Origin: Alphaproteobacteria bacterium
GTDB lineage: Bacteria > Pseudomonadota > Alphaproteobacteria > Rs-D84
Direction: 5' to 3'
NCBI GenBank assembly: GCA_024402715.1
Contig: JAKSTF010000002.1
Span: 14,230-78,229, forward strand
DNA length: 64,000 nucleotides
Below are positions 42,762-50,843 of the stretch, piece after piece (position 1 is the stretch's first letter; each line of letters starts with the position of its first letter). Made by a program: the position numbers and the translations under genes. The notes beneath the pieces were generated by a model that was given only the letters and a program-made list of their open reading frames with translations, had not been told where the DNA came from and ran no database searches.

Positions 42762-44324
42762 CTATTTTGATACACCTGTAATTTGGGCGCCTTCGAATAA
42801 ACTCATTGCGCTGGCAATCATTGGGTCAGATTCTAATTCGGTTCGTTTTTGTTCGGATACAGTTTGAACATTTTGTGATTCATCTGCACGTTCCAAAGTC
42901 CAGTTTTTTTCGGTTGTATTAAACAGCCATGTTGATAATTTATGTGCAAAATCGGCATCGCCATGACGGTCAAAATATTTTATTTTATTATCAGCAATCT
43001 CTATTATTTCTATATTTGCACTGAAATATGAATATAACAGGATTTCTTTGGTTTCTTGTAACGCGGTCCCTAATTCTGTTGCATTTGTTATCTTGCGTAT
43101 TGTTTTTGCTGGTGGCATTTGTTGTGATATTGGTGATGCATTATTTGCAGAACGTTGTATTGGTTGTGATATTTGATGGTCTGGTTGCTTTTTTAATATT
43201 TCTGCAACGGATGGCATATCCGCAATATGCATCATGCGAATTATTAACATATCGAAACATTGCTTTTGGTTGCCGGCAGCTTGCATTTCAGAAACGGCTG
43301 CAACCATTACTTGCCATATTCTGGACAGGGTATTTAATGATATGTTTGATATAATTTCATGAATTTGTTCGCGTTGGTCTGCCGTAAATGGTGTGTTTTG
43401 TACATTGCCTGCACGTAATGCCGGGTGCATGCGTGTCGCCCAATGTGTCCATTCCATCATATCTGTTAACAACATTGATAAATCAGCACCATTTGTATAT
43501 ATTTGGTCAACTTTATCCAATGCGGCCGCAGTATCACCAGATAGAACCGTTTTCATGAAATCAACGACAACCCCACGGTCTGCACGTTTTAACATATCTA
43601 AAACTGCACTTTCATCAACGTTTCCACCGGTTTGTGCAATCGCCTGATCAAACAATGATAATCCATCACGTACAGAACCATCAGCCGCACGTGCCAACAG
43701 TTCGTTTGCACTGTCTGTTAAGTTAACGTTTTCTTTTTCTGCAATCCAGGCAAAATGCTTTTTCAATGTTTCAACTGGAACACGAACTAAATCAAAACGT
43801 TGGCAGCGCGATAAAATTGTAACAGGAACTTTGCGAATTTCGGTTGTTGCTAAAATAAATATTACATGTGCCGGTGGTTCTTCTAATGTTTTTAATAATG
43901 CATTAAATGCACTGGTTGATAACATGTGAACTTCGTCGATAATATATACCTTGTATCTGCCGTTTGTTGGACGATACTGGGCTGCATCTAAGATATCGCG
44001 CATATTATCAACACCGGTATGTGATGCCGCATCGATTTCCATAACATCAATGTGTTGGCCTGCGGCAATTGCACGGCAATTTTCGCATTGCCCACATGGT
44101 GTTGCCGTTGCACGATCCGATGATTGGCAATTTAACGCCTTGGCCAAAATACGGGCAGTACTGGTTTTCCCAGTTCCCCGAATTCCGGTAAAAATATATG
44201 CATGCGCAATGCGTGATGTATTTATGGCGGTTGTTAATGTTTTTACTAAAACATCTTGCCCAATCAGTGACTGAAAATCTTGACTGCGATACTTGCGCGC
44301 CAAAACGGTATAATTACTGTCCAT
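42762..44324 (-). CDS. dnaX: DNA polymerase III subunit gamma/tau
   Basis: Walker A GIRGTGKTS, the Zn module CGQCENC, DEVHMLS, and SRCQRF sensor motifs. 520 aa. Confidence 0.95.
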   Translation of the reverse strand: MDSNYTVLARKYRSQDFQSLIGQDVLVKTLTTAINTSRIAHAYIFTGIRGTGKTSTARILAKALNCQSSDRATATPCGQCENCRAIAAGQHIDVMEIDAASHTGVDNMRDILDAAQYRPTNGRYKVYIIDEVHMLSTSAFNALLKTLEEPPAHVIFILATTEIRKVPVTILSRCQRFDLVRVPVETLKKHFAWIAEKENVNLTDSANELLARAADGSVRDGLSLFDQAIAQTGGNVDESAVLDMLKRADRGVVVDFMKTVLSGDTAAALDKVDQIYTNGADLSMLLTDMMEWTHWATRMHPALRAGNVQNTPFTADQREQIHEIISNISLNTLSRIWQVMVAAVSEMQAAGNQKQCFDMLIIRMMHIADMPSVAEILKKQPDHQISQPIQRSANNASPISQQMPPAKTIRKITNATELGTALQETKEILLYSYFSANIEIIEIADNKIKYFDRHGDADFAHKLSTWLFNTTEKNWTLERADESQNVQTVSEQKRTELESDPMIASAMSLFEGAQITGVSK

Positions 44325-44379
44325 GTGAAAACTTCCTTTAATAGACAGAATATCAAAAACATCCGCAATTTCAACAATT

Positions 44380-44425
44380 AAAACAAAATAAAAATACGTA
44401 ATGTGTGATTTATAACATTACGTAT
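44380..44425 (-). terminator. rho-independent terminator after 44452..44760
   Basis: 11-bp stem atacgtaatgt/acattacgtat with a plus-strand A-rich run giving a minus-strand U-run. Confidence 0.6.
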
Positions 44426-44451
44426 GAATTTTGATTTTATTTGTGTAATTT

Positions 44452-44760
44452 TTATTTCAGATTTGTAATAAAATCTGGAAATGGTGAGTCGTCGTCATCG
44501 GTGCCGTCTGTATTTTCAGATGATTCAACCGCGGCCGTTTCAGCGGCTATTTTTTCGGCTGGCGTCCTGCTTTGATCGATTTTATTTTGTTCTTCGTTAA
44601 CAATACGTCCATAATGTTCTGCCGCTTGTAATAAACGTTCGCGTTCAATTTCATCGGCGGTTTGACGTGCTAAATCCATATATTGTTTTCTTTTTTGACG
44701 CCATTTGTGACAGCGCTGAATCATCGAACCGACAGACGATTGTTGTTTTTTATTTTGCAT
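44452..44760 (-). CDS. DUF4167-like small basic/acidic protein
   Basis: KQYMDLARQTADEIERERLLQAAEHYGRI resembles the alphaproteobacterial DUF4167 core (..LAR......E...QHAEHY.R). Acidic C-terminus. Confidence 0.5.
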   Translation of the reverse strand: MQNKKQQSSVGSMIQRCHKWRQKRKQYMDLARQTADEIERERLLQAAEHYGRIVNEEQNKIDQSRTPAEKIAAETAAVESSENTDGTDDDDSPFPDFITNLK

Positions 44761-44917
44761 TTTGTTTCTTTATTTATTGGAATTCAATTGGACGTTAATG
44801 TGTGCTGATATAAACATTATCGTCAACCCGTAACGGGGTAAAATATAAAACATCTTAAAACCGATTGCAATATTTTTTTTCAATTGCTATTCTGTAATTT
44901 GTAGGAGGCCTTTTATT

Positions 44918-46276
44918 TTGTATTCGCGTCAAGATGGAAATTTTTTATTACAGGCATTGTTGGCGTTAACCTTGGTATTTATGTTTGTTCCGTTTGTTGC
45001 AAAAAATTTGGTTGAACGGAATTTAAATGCACAAATGTATGCGACAACAAAACAAATCGAGGTCGCACAAACGGCAGCGCGAATTTATGTGCGTGAAAAT
45101 GCATCTAAATTGAATTATGGAACGGTGGTTATCCGTGGTGATGTTTTTTCGGATTTATTAGAACCATATGGATTGCCGTTGGGCTTTGTTCCAAAAACTG
45201 CGTTGGGACAAGATATAGTGTTGGTTTTAGATAAAACAGAAAATCAGATAAATGCATATTTGAAAATAATTGGTGGTAATTTAACACAATTAAAAATTGC
45301 AGAATTGGCGCGTCGTGTTGGTTTTTATGCGATGCCAGATGGCAATGCATTATCGGTTGGATTGGCGTTGGAGTCCGGATATGTAGATGTTGTATCTAGA
45401 AACGGTACAGACGGAATTAATAATGCTTTTTTGACAGATTTAGATATGGGCGGTTTTGTTGTTGATAATGTTGGTGATGTTTTTGGACAAGATGGTGAAT
45501 TTGAAACCGCAGAATTTGGGATGTTGAATATATTGGGGATTGAAAATGGACGTCGTTCAAAAAATGTGATAAAAATGGTTACATCGGATAAAACGATATT
45601 TCAAACCAAAGATGGAACGGCGGCATTGACGTTGGTTCGTGGTAATATGAGTGCTGAAAATGTTACGGCCCGTACAGTGTCAAAGTTTGGAGATGGCGGA
45701 ATTTTTAATGCCAATGATGCGGCGGCAAACGAATTTGCAATGGCGGCGGGATACACGAATTTTGTTGGCCCAATTGATTGGAATGTGCATGGTAACGTTG
45801 TGACCAGTCGTATAAATTTAAGTGTTAATCAGTTGGATATAGAATCTTATTTGGATGCGGCACGTGGTCAGGATGTTTACATAAATACAGATGATTTGGA
45901 ATATTCGGCATCCAGTGGTATTGATACCGATTATATAAATGCGTCCAATATAACATTACGAAATCAAACGTCTCGGGCATTGTCTATGGGAAGAAGTGGT
46001 GGTATATTGTTGGATATTCGGCCGGCTGGAACATCTGTATTGCCGGATATTTCTGTGGATAATATTGATAATGGCGAAATTGCAATTTTGGCAAATGCGC
46101 AGGCTGATAATTCAAAAACGGTTGATTGTAAATCAATTATATCTGGTTTGGGTGGTGTGTATAATGCAAAATCTGTGGCGCAAAATATTGTTTGCCAATA
46201 TGTTTTTTTGCAGCGTTTGGAACACAGAATAAATATGAAACAATGTCTGTTGGATGGAAAAAGTGGCTGTAATTAA
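44918..46276 (+). CDS. large pilin-like protein P1 (prepilin-type N-terminus, TTG start)
   Basis: AGGAGG SD, leader MYSRQDG, then NFLLQALLALTLVFMFVPFV (Gln at +5). 452 aa with C-terminal Cys pairs. Confidence 0.65.
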   Translation: MYSRQDGNFLLQALLALTLVFMFVPFVAKNLVERNLNAQMYATTKQIEVAQTAARIYVRENASKLNYGTVVIRGDVFSDLLEPYGLPLGFVPKTALGQDIVLVLDKTENQINAYLKIIGGNLTQLKIAELARRVGFYAMPDGNALSVGLALESGYVDVVSRNGTDGINNAFLTDLDMGGFVVDNVGDVFGQDGEFETAEFGMLNILGIENGRRSKNVIKMVTSDKTIFQTKDGTAALTLVRGNMSAENVTARTVSKFGDGGIFNANDAAANEFAMAAGYTNFVGPIDWNVHGNVVTSRINLSVNQLDIESYLDAARGQDVYINTDDLEYSASSGIDTDYINASNITLRNQTSRALSMGRSGGILLDIRPAGTSVLPDISVDNIDNGEIAILANAQADNSKTVDCKSIISGLGGVYNAKSVAQNIVCQYVFLQRLEHRINMKQCLLDGKSGCN

Positions 46277-47465
46277 TAAATTTGTTTTTATTAATCATGA
46301 ATTTGGTTCCTCTATGACTGAGGTTGTTTTATCATTGGCGATTATTGCAATGGCAACACCGTTTTTATATGGTCAGATGCAACGGGCCAATGATACTGTT
46401 CGTGATGTATCTGTTGCCAATCAAATTGTATCCAGTCGTGATAATGTATTGAATTTTATTCGTTTAAATCAAGAATCGTGGCCTGATGTGGCACAAATAA
46501 ATTTATCATCAGATGATTTAAAAAATATGTCCAGTGATGCGGTTGCGGGATTTATTGATAAGTATAAAGTTAATGGCTTGTCTGTTACAGATGTTTATTT
46601 AGCATTTGATATTGATAATAATTATGTGCGTGCAAATAAAATAGCGCGTCGTATTGGAGATGCCGCGGCGGTTGTGATGACAGATGGAATCGTTTATGGA
46701 AATACGTGGGCGGTTGCAGTGCCAAATTTTGAACCAGGATATTTGGTTTACAAAATATCGCGTGATGTTTCGGAAATTGATTCGTCGCGTTATTTGCATC
46801 GCACGGCATCTGGCGATTTAAATTTAAATGTTATGCAACGTGATTTGAATATGTCTGGGCATAACATTGAAAATGTTGGAAAAATCGAAGCTCAAAGTGT
46901 TCGGGGCAAAGGTGTGATAACAACATTTGTTGAAACGGATGAATTAGTTGCAGGAGCCGTACATTTTTCATCGGGGGCTAATTTAGAAGGTGGAAATGCA
47001 CAATTTGAAAATATTCGTGTCTCTGGTGATGTGTCTGGTTTTCGCAATATATATGCAGATAATATGAATGGTGTGACGTATACAACATTGGGGCGTATTA
47101 TTGCAGATCGTGCAAATGTTTCAGAAACATTAAATGTTGCCAAAGATTTTGTTGTTAAATCTGATTATGTTCGAACAATTTCTGGGTTTTCCGGTATTAA
47201 GGCCAATCGTGTCGCAGTGCCGTTTTTACGGACAGAACAATTGTTGTTTTTTGAAAATTTTGGTTTGACGGTGTCCGGAGAATTGCTAAATTCAGCCACC
47301 GCCCCATTGAAAATCGGGACTTGGGTATATCCATCGACGTCACTGCCAAATTTTCACAGCATAACATTTTCACGGACCGAAATCCCAACCGTGCCACAGA
47401 AAGATGAATTTTACATTATAATGGGTGATAATTGGCAGTCATTCCAGCCGGAGAAATTGCAATGA
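46254..47465 (+). CDS. large pilin-like protein P2
   Basis: Leader ...NHEFG, then SSMTEVVLSLAIIAMATPFL (Glu at +5). Overlaps the P1 stop by 23 nt. 403 aa. Confidence 0.65.
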   Translation: MEKVAVINKFVFINHEFGSSMTEVVLSLAIIAMATPFLYGQMQRANDTVRDVSVANQIVSSRDNVLNFIRLNQESWPDVAQINLSSDDLKNMSSDAVAGFIDKYKVNGLSVTDVYLAFDIDNNYVRANKIARRIGDAAAVVMTDGIVYGNTWAVAVPNFEPGYLVYKISRDVSEIDSSRYLHRTASGDLNLNVMQRDLNMSGHNIENVGKIEAQSVRGKGVITTFVETDELVAGAVHFSSGANLEGGNAQFENIRVSGDVSGFRNIYADNMNGVTYTTLGRIIADRANVSETLNVAKDFVVKSDYVRTISGFSGIKANRVAVPFLRTEQLLFFENFGLTVSGELLNSATAPLKIGTWVYPSTSLPNFHSITFSRTEIPTVPQKDEFYIIMGDNWQSFQPEKLQ

Positions 47466-48769
47466 TTAAACAAAAATTTAATTTTTTGAAAAATAATTCA
47501 GATGCAGGAAATATGTTAATTGAATTATTGTTAAGTGTTGCGTTGGTTACGGTTATAATGCCATTTGTTATTCAATATCATCGTAGAACTGTGCGCCGTG
47601 CAGAAAATATTGCTATTACACAACAGATGGATGCTGTTCGTGTTGCATTGGAACGTTATATTGCACAAAATCGCGAACATTTATTGAATACTGTTGGCAA
47701 TACAATTACACGTGTAAATATGGATGCTTTGGCTGAATATGGCGCAGATATTCAACATAATGCGAATTATCAATTACGAATATTAAAATCAGGCACCGCA
47801 GATGGTCGTGCATCTTTACAGGGGGTGATTGTTTATAACAGTGATGATATCACCCCAATTCGAACCCGGGAAATTGTTGCGGTGGGTGGGCAAAATATTG
47901 GTTTTGTTGATGGAAAACGGACGTATGGTGCGTATGGTACGTGGCGTATGGATAATGTCGATTTAGGAATTGGTGGATTAAATGGTATTGTTAAAACCAC
48001 GACTGTAAATCAAGATAATGCATTATATTTGTGGCGGTCGCCATCAGATGATGCGGCGGATGCAACAATGAATGTCGCATTGAATTTGGGGCAACACGAT
48101 TTAAAAAACGTTTTATCATTAAATACAACAATGATGAATATAAATGATCGGTTAAAATTTGGTGCAGGTGTTGCTAATACGGTTGTTTTTCAAAACAGAA
48201 CCGCGATTGATTCTAATTATCAAACAAAAAATGCCAGTGTAAATGGTGTATTGTCTGCGGATGGACGCTCGATGGATGTTGCAAAATCTTTTAAATTGGA
48301 AGATGTCGGAAAATTTTCTGGTTTTAATGTTAGAAATTTATGGGTTTCAAAATTAACGTTACCAGGCTTTTCTGTTGACAGCAATTCGGATAAACCTGCA
48401 ATATTACGTATTAATGAAACATTGGATATGGTTTTGGGGCGTATAAATGCATTGATGGTGACCGTTGGTTTTTCCGGATCGGTTACCCCACGGTTGATTG
48501 TTCGTAATAAAATTTCTGATTCAATTAATCCGGATTATTATTGGGACATAGATAATGGAACTGCAAATTTTAATGATATGATATTATCTGAATTAAATCG
48601 AATGGCACCATTGGTTTTGAAACAAGAACAGGTGTCCGGATCTGATTCAACACGAATATTTTCATCTATATCATCAAATTCAAATGCCACAATTGCAGAT
48701 TTTGCCAATGCAATTACTGAAATTCAGGCCCGTGTGCGTGCAAAATATCGTTTGTTGAATTTAGAATAA
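47462..48769 (+). CDS. large pilin-like protein P3
   Basis: ATG at 47462 overlaps the P2 stop as ATGA, with GGAGAA SD. Leader MIKQKFNFLKNNSDAG, then NMLIELLLSVALVTVIMPFV (Glu at +5). Confidence 0.7.
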   Translation: MIKQKFNFLKNNSDAGNMLIELLLSVALVTVIMPFVIQYHRRTVRRAENIAITQQMDAVRVALERYIAQNREHLLNTVGNTITRVNMDALAEYGADIQHNANYQLRILKSGTADGRASLQGVIVYNSDDITPIRTREIVAVGGQNIGFVDGKRTYGAYGTWRMDNVDLGIGGLNGIVKTTTVNQDNALYLWRSPSDDAADATMNVALNLGQHDLKNVLSLNTTMMNINDRLKFGAGVANTVVFQNRTAIDSNYQTKNASVNGVLSADGRSMDVAKSFKLEDVGKFSGFNVRNLWVSKLTLPGFSVDSNSDKPAILRINETLDMVLGRINALMVTVGFSGSVTPRLIVRNKISDSINPDYYWDIDNGTANFNDMILSELNRMAPLVLKQEQVSGSDSTRIFSSISSNSNATIADFANAITEIQARVRAKYRLLNLE

Positions 48770-48789
48770 TTTATGATATAAATGTTCGT

Positions 48790-49302
48790 ATGAAAACAGT
48801 ATGCAATTTTTGTAAAACAGAATATTCTATTGATGGTGCAACATCTGGCCCTGTTCGGTGTGCGGTTTGTGGTTACGTGTGGAATGTTACGCATGCACCG
48901 CGTCGTGGGGCGGTATTAACATTATTTGCTGCAATGTGTGCAGCATTGGCCGCGTTGGTTTTTGCGGCGGCGGTTATGATTACAAATCATAATTCTGCAA
49001 AGAAGATGCGACAACCATTGGTTGTTCGTGTAACGGATACCCGTACGGCACCAGATGCGGTTGGTGTACCACGATTTATTGTAACGGGGGTTGTAGAAAA
49101 TAAATCTGATGAAATATATGGGGCCCCGGATTTGGTTGCGATTTCATATGATGCCAATGGCACGGTTATTGGACGGCAAAAGTTTATTCCATCGGCAACA
49201 TTGATTGATGCCGGGACATCTGTCCCGTTTAGCCAGGTTTTAACCAGTCCTGCTGATAAAGTTAAAAAGATAATGGTTAAATTTTCAACCCAGGGTGAAT
49301 AA
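48790..49302 (+). CDS. ZitP-like protein: MJ0042-type zinc ribbon + TM + DUF3426-like domain
   Basis: N-terminal CNFC...(17)...CAVC zinc ribbon, one TM (VLTLFAAMCAALAALVFAAAVMI), and a C-terminal beta-rich domain of about 95 aa. Confidence 0.6.
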   Translation: MKTVCNFCKTEYSIDGATSGPVRCAVCGYVWNVTHAPRRGAVLTLFAAMCAALAALVFAAAVMITNHNSAKKMRQPLVVRVTDTRTAPDAVGVPRFIVTGVVENKSDEIYGAPDLVAISYDANGTVIGRQKFIPSATLIDAGTSVPFSQVLTSPADKVKKIMVKFSTQGE

Positions 49303-49303
49303 T

Positions 49304-49771
49304 ATGAAACGTACATGTTTTTTACTGGTGATAATTGTATCAATGATAACGGGGGGGGCATTTTCTGCAACCGATATGTCAAAGCCGCGGGTCAGCCTTT
49401 TTTCCACCAGTACGGATTGGCAAGCTTTGACGGGGTTGCAATTAAACCAATACCACGGGACATTTATTACCAATACGAAATTGGTGGCCAAGGGCTTGGA
49501 ATTATATTATTTGGATTCGTTCCCATGTTATGGGTTGGGCTATGGGGTTCGTGTATGGGTTGGCCCAGATGGTTCGCATGATGGAACGTTAAATATTGTA
49601 TGTTTATATCCACCGAAACAATTAAATTTTGCATATCGTAATTCAAAACAAAATGCAGACCAGGGGATTAGTACCGGAATGTTGGTTTGCAATGTTGATG
49701 TAAATGGACGTGATATAGAAATTAATTTATCAAAATGTGATAAATCTAAAAATTGGTCAGAATACAAATAA
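49304..49771 (+). CDS. hypothetical secreted protein with a G8 tract in the signal-peptide region
   Basis: MKRTCFLLVIIVSMITGGAFSA signal peptide. ATG at 49304 lies 2 nt after the upstream stop. Confidence 0.55.
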   Translation: MKRTCFLLVIIVSMITGGAFSATDMSKPRVSLFSTSTDWQALTGLQLNQYHGTFITNTKLVAKGLELYYLDSFPCYGLGYGVRVWVGPDGSHDGTLNIVCLYPPKQLNFAYRNSKQNADQGISTGMLVCNVDVNGRDIEINLSKCDKSKNWSEYK

Positions 49772-49787
49772 TTGTGGGTATATTGAT

Positions 49788-50750
49788 ATGGGTGAAATGC
49801 GTGATTTTATTGTGGATTTGAATTCTGTTGGTATGCGTTTGGATAAATATTTGGCTGTGCAAATGCCGGATTTTTCGCGTGCCCAGATTCAGCGTTTTAC
49901 AGTTTATGTAAATGGAAATATAGCAAAATTTTCAATAAAATTGCGTGCAAATGATTGTGTTTCTGTTGATGTTGCTGTGCCAAATAAAAATGTGGTTGCA
50001 ATGGAAAAAACTTTATCGGATTTGGATTTTGATATCTTATACGAAGATAATGATATAATTGTAATTGATAAACCGCGTGGTGTTGTTATGTATCCATCGG
50101 CGGGAAATACAACGGGAACGTTGGTTCAAAGTTTATTGTCACATACTAATTTGTCTGCGCTGGGCGGTGATATTCGCCCCGGTGTTGTTCATCGTTTGGA
50201 TAAAGATACCAGTGGTGTAATGGTTTTTGCAAAATCTGATGCTGCATTTCGTGGGTTGGTTGATATATTTTCCCGTCATGATTTGACACGGCGTTATGTT
50301 GCGTTTGTTTGGGGGGTGCCGAATTGGGATGGCGCCGAAATCACCGGTAATATTGCACGTTCATCCCGCAATCGGAAAAAAATGTCGATGGTTAAATCTG
50401 GGGGCAAAACAGCCCAAACAAATGTAAATGTTATGTCTGTTTGGACACGTTGTGGGATATCTGCGTTTCGTTGTACATTATTAACGGGACGGACACACCA
50501 AATACGTGTTCATTTATCTGCGCATGGTTTTCCAGTATTGTGTGATCCATTGTACGGACGCGGAACAAATCGTTTGGCCAGTGTAAAAAATCGTGAATTA
50601 TTAGAGTTTTTGCGTACACATGATGGTCAGATGTTGCATGCCGAATATTTGGAATTTGTTCATCCCGTGACCCGTGAAAAAATGCATTTTAAATCACATC
50701 TGCCTGCTGATATGTTGGAATTACAGGCGATTTTGGATGATATCGGATAA
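49788..50750 (+). CDS. rluD: 23S rRNA pseudouridine synthase, RluA/RluD family
   Basis: N-terminal S4 domain (RLDKYLA), catalytic HRLDKDTSGVMVFAKS, and GRTHQIRVH. Confidence 0.9.
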   Translation: MGEMRDFIVDLNSVGMRLDKYLAVQMPDFSRAQIQRFTVYVNGNIAKFSIKLRANDCVSVDVAVPNKNVVAMEKTLSDLDFDILYEDNDIIVIDKPRGVVMYPSAGNTTGTLVQSLLSHTNLSALGGDIRPGVVHRLDKDTSGVMVFAKSDAAFRGLVDIFSRHDLTRRYVAFVWGVPNWDGAEITGNIARSSRNRKKMSMVKSGGKTAQTNVNVMSVWTRCGISAFRCTLLTGRTHQIRVHLSAHGFPVLCDPLYGRGTNRLASVKNRELLEFLRTHDGQMLHAEYLEFVHPVTREKMHFKSHLPADMLELQAILDDIG

Positions 50751-50843
50751 TACCCGTTAATAAATCCGGAATAATTTTATGTTTTTGGCTTTTTAAACCC
50801 CGCGTTTTATGATATAATGATACATAAAATATGGAGTGAGTCG

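Noticed and set aside
44325-44451. The region upstream of dnaX was checked for an SRP (4.5S) RNA gene, which often precedes dnaX.
   Set aside because: There is no conserved SRP domain IV sequence. The region holds only an AT-rich spacer and the terminator hairpin of the neighbouring gene.
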